Assembly: GCA_028281825.1 (NCBI GenBank)
Contig: JANQJC010000100.1
Location: 9,854-73,853, forward strand
Reading direction: 5' to 3'
DNA: 64,000 nucleotides
Source of the DNA: Flavobacteriales bacterium
Lineage (GTDB): Bacteria > Bacteroidota > Bacteroidia > JANQJC01
Part shown: in pieces, positions 58,973 through 64,000 of the stretch
Layout: each line of letters opens with the position of its first letter
Numbering within the stretch: the first letter of the stretch is position 1
Notes under the pieces: generated by a model
Databases searched by the model: none
Told to the model about the DNA's origin: nothing
Seen by the model: the letters and a program-made list of their open reading frames with translations, nothing else
Translations under genes and position numbers: made by a program

Positions 58973-59431
58973 ATGAGTAAAAGATTTCGTTCAAGAGTAA
59001 GTGTAATGCTAGTAGCCTTTCTTGTAGTAGTTACTTTATTGACGCTCATTTTACCTATAAAGACTGGTCAAACTCCGGCACTTGCGGTTGGGCTAGGTGG
59101 GTTGGGAGCGGCTCTACTTATCATTTTTGGTATCAGTTATGAGATAAATGATAATGATTTGGTGATTAGAATAGTTGGCATTAAATACTTTAGTGTTGCT
59201 ATCACCGAAATTGAATCTATCAAGCGCTCCTATATTTTGCTTTCATCACCAGCAGCCTCATTAAAGAGGCTAAGATGTAACATTAAAGGCCGCAAAATAT
59301 TTTCATACGTATTGATATCTCCCGTGGATGAAGAAGAATTTTTGGAACTAATCAAGCGGCGCAATCCCAATGTCAAGTTAGACGTTACCAATGCCAAAGG
59401 CGCCTGGCGCTTCTGGGACTGGGATATTTAA
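58973..59431 (+). CDS. Membrane protein with two TM helices and a bacterial PH-like (YdbS-type) domain
   Basis: Two N-terminal TM helices are followed by a ~90 aa soluble domain (DLVIRIVGIKYFSVAITEIESIKRS). Confidence 0.45.
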   Translation: MSKRFRSRVSVMLVAFLVVVTLLTLILPIKTGQTPALAVGLGGLGAALLIIFGISYEINDNDLVIRIVGIKYFSVAITEIESIKRSYILLSSPAASLKRLRCNIKGRKIFSYVLISPVDEEEFLELIKRRNPNVKLDVTNAKGAWRFWDWDI

Positions 59432-59438
59432 ACCAAGA

Positions 59439-60911
59439 TTATTCTTTGTCCTCTTTCTTACTTTCCACTTTTGGTGCATCAGGGCATCCGCTGTGCTTGG
59501 CTTGTCCTGGTTCTTCTGGGCATTTGTCAGCTTTGTTCAGGATGCCATCACCATCAAGGTCACCGCGTGGACCTTTATCCCTTGCTTCTTTTCTGCCAAA
59601 TACTAAATTGATACCTGTACGGAGGTGTATATTTTGAGTGTGCTGTGGAACAAACATGCCCATTACATTATCACTTATCATATACCATTGCACGGCTCCA
59701 AAGTTGAATAACATGCCAGCACCTATGTTATTGGTAGTGCCGTTGATGATTGAATAACTGGCAGTAAGGTTTATTACATTACCCAGTTGCTGCATGATTG
59801 AAGCAGATAGTGAAGGGTACATCTTTCCTTTGAAAACTTCTCCATATGCGGTTAGGTGCAAGTCACTGGTATTGGTAAAACGCCACGTGCCACCAATATA
59901 AAACTTAGGGTTCAGCTTCGTAGAATAGGCAGTTGAACTTTCTTGCAAATCAAATGCTTCACCCAAAGAATCAACCAGTTCTTTCATATAATCCACAGAA
60001 TCTTCCTGATTCATAAATTCTGTAACATCAATACCAGCGAAAGTAAATTCTGCACCTTCAGTCGAGTAGTTTTTAACCTGATTTTTCCAGTTTATTTTAC
60101 CTAAATCGGTGGCACTAGCATGTACTGTAAAATTTTCATTAATATCCCACTGGGCACCCAAGTCAATCGCAAAACCATTATTAGCAGAACTCATCAGGTA
60201 ATTGCCAGCGTTAAAGCTTTCACCATCTATCAGGTTGGCAATACCAGCTGTATTGGCTTTAATATCAGCTTTAGCAGTCAAATCAAAAGTGTTGGCATCC
60301 GTGTATAAGCTAATGTCTGTTTTCTCAGTACTTGCATTGGCTAGGCCTTGCAAATATTTGGCCCTTACACCAAAGGTTAGTTGGTCCATAAAGGTTCTTG
60401 AATAACCAACACCCCACTCCCTGTAATGGGTTACGTCAACATTTATCCTTGAGAAATCTGCTGTCTGTCCTAAGAATTCAGCATTACCTTTAAACAGAAA
60501 GCGAAACAAGTCTTTTGGGTAAGTTTGCTGGTAGATTACCTTTTCCGTAGCATTAAAAGAAAAGTGGTTTTTTCCAACCCTGAAACCGAAATTCACTAAA
60601 TCCATATTTAACCTGAATGACATATAATTGCTGGCTTTCATTTGTGATAGGGCATTTTCAATGTCAACCATTAATGAGTCGTCATCTCTTTTCCTTATCA
60701 AATCGCTGTATGCAAAGCCAGTATGTGTAAAAGAAAGGCTTGTGGAACCTAAGCCTGGTATTCCAACATACCATTTAGCATCAGGTGTTTTGGCTGGGTT
60801 AGCATAACTTGCCTGTGGCAATGACGAAAAAGTAGTGCTTATCAACTCTTGTGCAGCAGCCGGAAGACTAAACACAAATGATAAGGCTACTATGGCTGTT
60901 AAATTTTTCAT
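59439..60911 (-). CDS. Outer-membrane beta-barrel protein with N-terminal NPA motif (FadL/PorV-like) and C-terminal TSP3-like acidic repeat
   Basis: Signal peptide MKNLTAIVALSFVFSLPAAAQ. The motif SYANPAKT is present. Alternating amphipathic strands are seen. The C-terminal tail is DLDGDGILNKADKCPEEPG. Confidence 0.5.
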   Translation of the reverse strand: MKNLTAIVALSFVFSLPAAAQELISTTFSSLPQASYANPAKTPDAKWYVGIPGLGSTSLSFTHTGFAYSDLIRKRDDDSLMVDIENALSQMKASNYMSFRLNMDLVNFGFRVGKNHFSFNATEKVIYQQTYPKDLFRFLFKGNAEFLGQTADFSRINVDVTHYREWGVGYSRTFMDQLTFGVRAKYLQGLANASTEKTDISLYTDANTFDLTAKADIKANTAGIANLIDGESFNAGNYLMSSANNGFAIDLGAQWDINENFTVHASATDLGKINWKNQVKNYSTEGAEFTFAGIDVTEFMNQEDSVDYMKELVDSLGEAFDLQESSTAYSTKLNPKFYIGGTWRFTNTSDLHLTAYGEVFKGKMYPSLSASIMQQLGNVINLTASYSIINGTTNNIGAGMLFNFGAVQWYMISDNVMGMFVPQHTQNIHLRTGINLVFGRKEARDKGPRGDLDGDGILNKADKCPEEPGQAKHSGCPDAPKVESKKEDKE

Positions 60912-60942
60912 CTTCTTTCAGTTTATCGGTTTCCTTGAAGAA

Positions 60943-62562
60943 TTACAGGCTAATGTTCAACTTGGTTTGTGCTCCAACTCTCACGTCAAGAGTGTAGTCA
61001 GAATAGATTTTAACCGGGGTTGAGCCTTGCTGTGATGTAGACAAATCACCACGGATAATCACCTTTTCCACCTGGCGGATGTTAGCAATTCTTTCAGTGT
61101 CCATAAATACATCAGTTACCTTTTTGCTAGGTTGACTAACCCTACCGTTAGACCCAAGAACCCCTGAACTGATGATAGAAGTATTGCCGATAATAAGGCT
61201 ATCCAATACGTTGTGGTAGGCATCAGTAAAGTATAGCTGTACCTTGGCATCAATTGGGAAACCATTTTCAATATCTAACCTAAACATGGCTTCTTCAATC
61301 ATATTGATATCTTGCTTAAAATTGAAACCCAAAGTGTCTTGTATCACTAGGTTGCTCACAGCACCATGTAGGGGAAGTTCCATTTCTATTTCCACGTCCA
61401 CCTTGCTTGAGTCGGTTGCAAAGTTGTTACTGGTTTGCCCATTAGGATTACCTAAACCATTCATTTGGTAGATAATTTGATGCGGCTTACTGTTCAATAT
61501 TTCAGCAATGTTGCTGTTGTTTCTATCCAGATATATTTCAGTAGTTACTGACTCACCAATTTGACTCATGTTTGGGCTATTCACATTCAACTGTCCCGGA
61601 ATATTTGGACCGTTAAATGCAATAGTTCCTGAATTGGAGATGGCATCAAACTGAACAACTTCTGCTGCCACCGGCATACCAAATGAGTTGTGAATAATTA
61701 AATTAAACCTAGGGTCTTCAAGCGTAAAGTTGCCAGCTATTGAGTTGTTAAACAGGTTAACATCAATGCTATCGGCAGGGATTTCCATATTATGTTGACC
61801 CAAGTATCCAAACAGGGCTGAAAACTTCAGGTCATTAAAACTGATAAGAAGATTAACGGCATCAGTTGGTAGCACAGTATTACCAGAATTTTCAAGTGCT
61901 AATTCATATTGTATTTCAATCTCATTGCCACCGCCTTGTGCTTCCATTTCCATCTGATAACCAGACAGGTAAGCCGATTGCTCAACAGTCAAAGGCACTG
62001 AGCCAGTATAATTTAGGGGTATCACCATCCTAAAGGGAGTGCCCACTTTCTTTACTTTAGGTAAAATGATGGTAAGGGTGCCACTTTGCTGAAATTGGGA
62101 AGATAGGTTTACCTGTACAGCTCCTGACTTAATGTTCATTGAGGTGATTTCAGCTTCTCCGCCAGTATCAAACTGAAAGTTATCGACCCTATCTGCCTGA
62201 ACTGAACCATTTGTAATAAGTGCAGCTTGTTCTGTGGCATCTAATTGTATACTTTTTGGCAAAGCTTGATTGGGTATGTCCACCAATTCTCCCACTTCCA
62301 TGGTATATATCTTGCTTTTGTAGTAAAGGCTGATAAAGTTGTTTTCATCAACTTGCACTAAGTCTTCATTGTCATACTCAGCAATCATGTTTTCCATGTT
62401 TAAGCTTGAGTTTACCAAGGGAGCAGCCAGGCTGGGATTCCAATTCCCATCAGCTACATTATCCATATCAAAGTAATCCTTAGTGCATGAGTTCAGCGTC
62501 AATGTGGCAATGACAGCAAGTGCCGTATATTTCAAGTATGTCTTATAATTTGGCATATCCAA
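60943..62562 (-). CDS. Lipoprotein of unknown function (539 aa)
   Basis: Signal peptide with lipobox (TLNSC). The downstream region is Ser/Asn/Gly-rich and beta-rich. Confidence 0.5.
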   Translation of the reverse strand: MDMPNYKTYLKYTALAVIATLTLNSCTKDYFDMDNVADGNWNPSLAAPLVNSSLNMENMIAEYDNEDLVQVDENNFISLYYKSKIYTMEVGELVDIPNQALPKSIQLDATEQAALITNGSVQADRVDNFQFDTGGEAEITSMNIKSGAVQVNLSSQFQQSGTLTIILPKVKKVGTPFRMVIPLNYTGSVPLTVEQSAYLSGYQMEMEAQGGGNEIEIQYELALENSGNTVLPTDAVNLLISFNDLKFSALFGYLGQHNMEIPADSIDVNLFNNSIAGNFTLEDPRFNLIIHNSFGMPVAAEVVQFDAISNSGTIAFNGPNIPGQLNVNSPNMSQIGESVTTEIYLDRNNSNIAEILNSKPHQIIYQMNGLGNPNGQTSNNFATDSSKVDVEIEMELPLHGAVSNLVIQDTLGFNFKQDINMIEEAMFRLDIENGFPIDAKVQLYFTDAYHNVLDSLIIGNTSIISSGVLGSNGRVSQPSKKVTDVFMDTERIANIRQVEKVIIRGDLSTSQQGSTPVKIYSDYTLDVRVGAQTKLNISL

Positions 62563-62631
62563 GAGTTTTGGTATGCCTTAAGGAACGGGATGTGCTACTG
62601 CTAGTTAAGTCGTTTATCGAAAGAGGATAAA

Positions 62632-64000
62632 CTACTCAATCGGGTAAATGGTGATGATATTGTCCCCTGTGCCTGTTGCCAAGGTTAATGGTTGCTTGGA
62701 ATTAATCACAGAAATATCAAATGGGGTATTACCTTGAATTGGAAACCCACCAACCAGTGTGCCGTCCGCATTGTAAAGGAATATCTCATTAGTCAAATCA
62801 GATACTACTCCTATTTTCCAAGAGCCATCTGCGTAGCGGAAGAATTGGGGCCCATACTTTATTTGGTCATCAAACCTTATTTTGTAATCAAGTGTCCTGT
62901 CTTCTTTAAACACACTTAGTTGGTTCAAATCAAAAAAGATGTATTCAGGTTTATTATCGCCTGCAAAATCCAGCACCTTGAAATAATGTTTGCCCGTAAA
63001 TTCTTGCAGTTTAAAAGTCTCTACCTTGCCAGTAAATGATATTTGATAAATTTTACCAGTGGTATCTGTAGCTATAATATCTGATGTTTTTGGATCAGAA
63101 GTTTTCCAGATACTCAACTGATTATTGGGCGAGAAGTCTATATTATCATTGAATTTCATTCGGGTTTTTCCACGCCTATCAACGCCATATAACCTACCAT
63201 CCACATCATAATTTACTATGTAATCCTTCCCTTTAATCAGTACATGTTGAAATGGGTGAATAAATGTAGCTTTAGCCTTTTTGAATTTCCAACCTCTAAC
63301 TTCCTTTCCCGTCTTGTTATAATTGTACACCTCAAGGTCTTCACACCCTATCACAAAGCGATAGTCCTTATTCTTTACATAATCAAAAACTGCAACGGGG
63401 CAGGTTGCTGGTGACTTCAGTTTAACAGGGAAATTTTCCACATCGTCCCCATTCCTATCAACCAGGTATAGGTAGTTTTTGGTGTTAAAGAATAGCTGGA
63501 ATTTGTTGTTTTTATACACATCCACTTGATGCACTTCGCCCATGATTTTCTCTGGGAGCTTCTTGCTCCATAACACCTGTCCAGTATTATTCAATAAGTA
63601 TATAGTGTTCCCATCATCTTGAATGAAAATCTCATTTTCATCTGAGTAGTGATTTACGAAAATAGTAGGTGCCACGCTAAAAGTGGTATCCAATCTGGCT
63701 TCAAGTGAAGACGATGCGCTTGCCTCTCTGGAAGGGTTGTATTTGATATATGCGTTATTGTAGAAAGAACCCGTATTCGCGCTTATTTGAATAGAAAGTG
63801 CTTCAAAATTATGGAACAGGTCTTTTTGCTCATCCAACAAATCAGTGGCACTTTGGTTGGTATATGATTTATAGATGTTCTTAGACTTACTGAAGTTGGA
63901 ATAAAGAAAGATATTGAACTGGTCAGAGAGATTTTCAGAAAAGTCAGCGTAGTATAAATCCTTGTTGAGTGTTTTATCAGAAAGGTAGCTATTGATGAAT
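62632..64000 (-). CDS. Hypothetical protein, 5'-partial in the window (the reading frame stays open to the window edge; the listed TTG at 63840 is probably not the true start)
   Basis: Translating the minus strand upstream of 63840 continues without a stop to position 64000. The protein is beta-rich and repeat-like, possibly a beta-propeller. Confidence 0.5.
   Translation of the reverse strand, partial: FINSYLSDKTLNKDLYYADFSENLSDQFNIFLYSNFSKSKNIYKSYTNQSATDLLDEQKDLFHNFEALSIQISANTGSFYNNAYIKYNPSREASASSSLEARLDTTFSVAPTIFVNHYSDENEIFIQDDGNTIYLLNNTGQVLWSKKLPEKIMGEVHQVDVYKNNKFQLFFNTKNYLYLVDRNGDDVENFPVKLKSPATCPVAVFDYVKNKDYRFVIGCEDLEVYNYNKTGKEVRGWKFKKAKATFIHPFQHVLIKGKDYIVNYDVDGRLYGVDRRGKTRMKFNDNIDFSPNNQLSIWKTSDPKTSDIIATDTTGKIYQISFTGKVETFKLQEFTGKHYFKVLDFAGDNKPEYIFFDLNQLSVFKEDRTLDYKIRFDDQIKYGPQFFRYADGSWKIGVVSDLTNEIFLYNADGTLVGGFPIQGNTPFDISVINSKQPLTLATGTGDNIITIYPIE

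Noticed and set aside
1-64000. Search for tRNA, rRNA and CRISPR arrays in intergenic regions (for example 19058-19244, 41586-41870, 2890-3216)
   Set aside because: No cloverleaf-compatible sequences (no GTTCRANYC T-loop motifs) and no regularly spaced direct repeats were seen. The only repeats are protein-coding (SprB repeats) and the TIR cassettes.

Overview
This 64 kb window comes from a Bacteroidetes chromosome, most likely a gliding member of the Cytophagia or Sphingobacteriia. The evidence is T9SS C-terminal sorting domains of both type A and type B, SprB-type repeats, a candidate porV-porU pair, TAnnTTTG -7 promoter motifs, and short or absent leaders. Housekeeping genes are recognisable with good confidence: recQ, tatC, lptB, purS, a pssA-like gene, lnt, lpdA, hemH, pabB, tilS, dsbD, a yhhQ-like gene and an aldehyde dehydrogenase. 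Three accessory regions stand out.

- **Polymorphic toxin locus (19.2-25.8 kb).** Two paralogous secreted proteins carry a Cys/His/Asp domain. The second one ends in a conserved RHS-core terminal motif (YGRAIFD...[31 protein letters not shown]) followed by an unknown C-terminal toxin domain, yet it has no YD repeats. It is followed by a start-overlapping immunity gene, then three start-less orphan toxin tips. Each tip is followed by its own candidate immunity gene: a SUKH-1/SMI1-KNR4 protein, a possible SUFU-like protein, and a lipoprotein.
- **Glycan-modification module (3.2-10.9 kb).** It encodes a GT2 polyprenyl-phosphate sugar synthase, DUF2304, a small unknown ORF, a GMC-type FAD oxidoreductase, an NAD-dependent SDR epimerase, a NodU/CmcH O-carbamoyltransferase, and a TMTC/PMT-like GT-C glycosyltransferase with TPR repeats. 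I propose that it makes, epimerises and carbamoylates a lipid-linked sugar and transfers it in the periplasm.
- **MITE-like cassettes (53.7-55.9 kb).** Two ~410 bp cassettes each encode a four-helix-bundle protein (TIGR02436-like) and are bounded by 13 bp terminal inverted repeats (ATTGCTAWATTGT ... ACAGTATAGCMAT). They are wedged into the intergenic gaps of an ALDH / GMC oxidoreductase / small-subunit cluster.

No rRNA, tRNA or CRISPR arrays were found. All family assignments come from reading motifs by eye and need HMM or BLAST confirmation.
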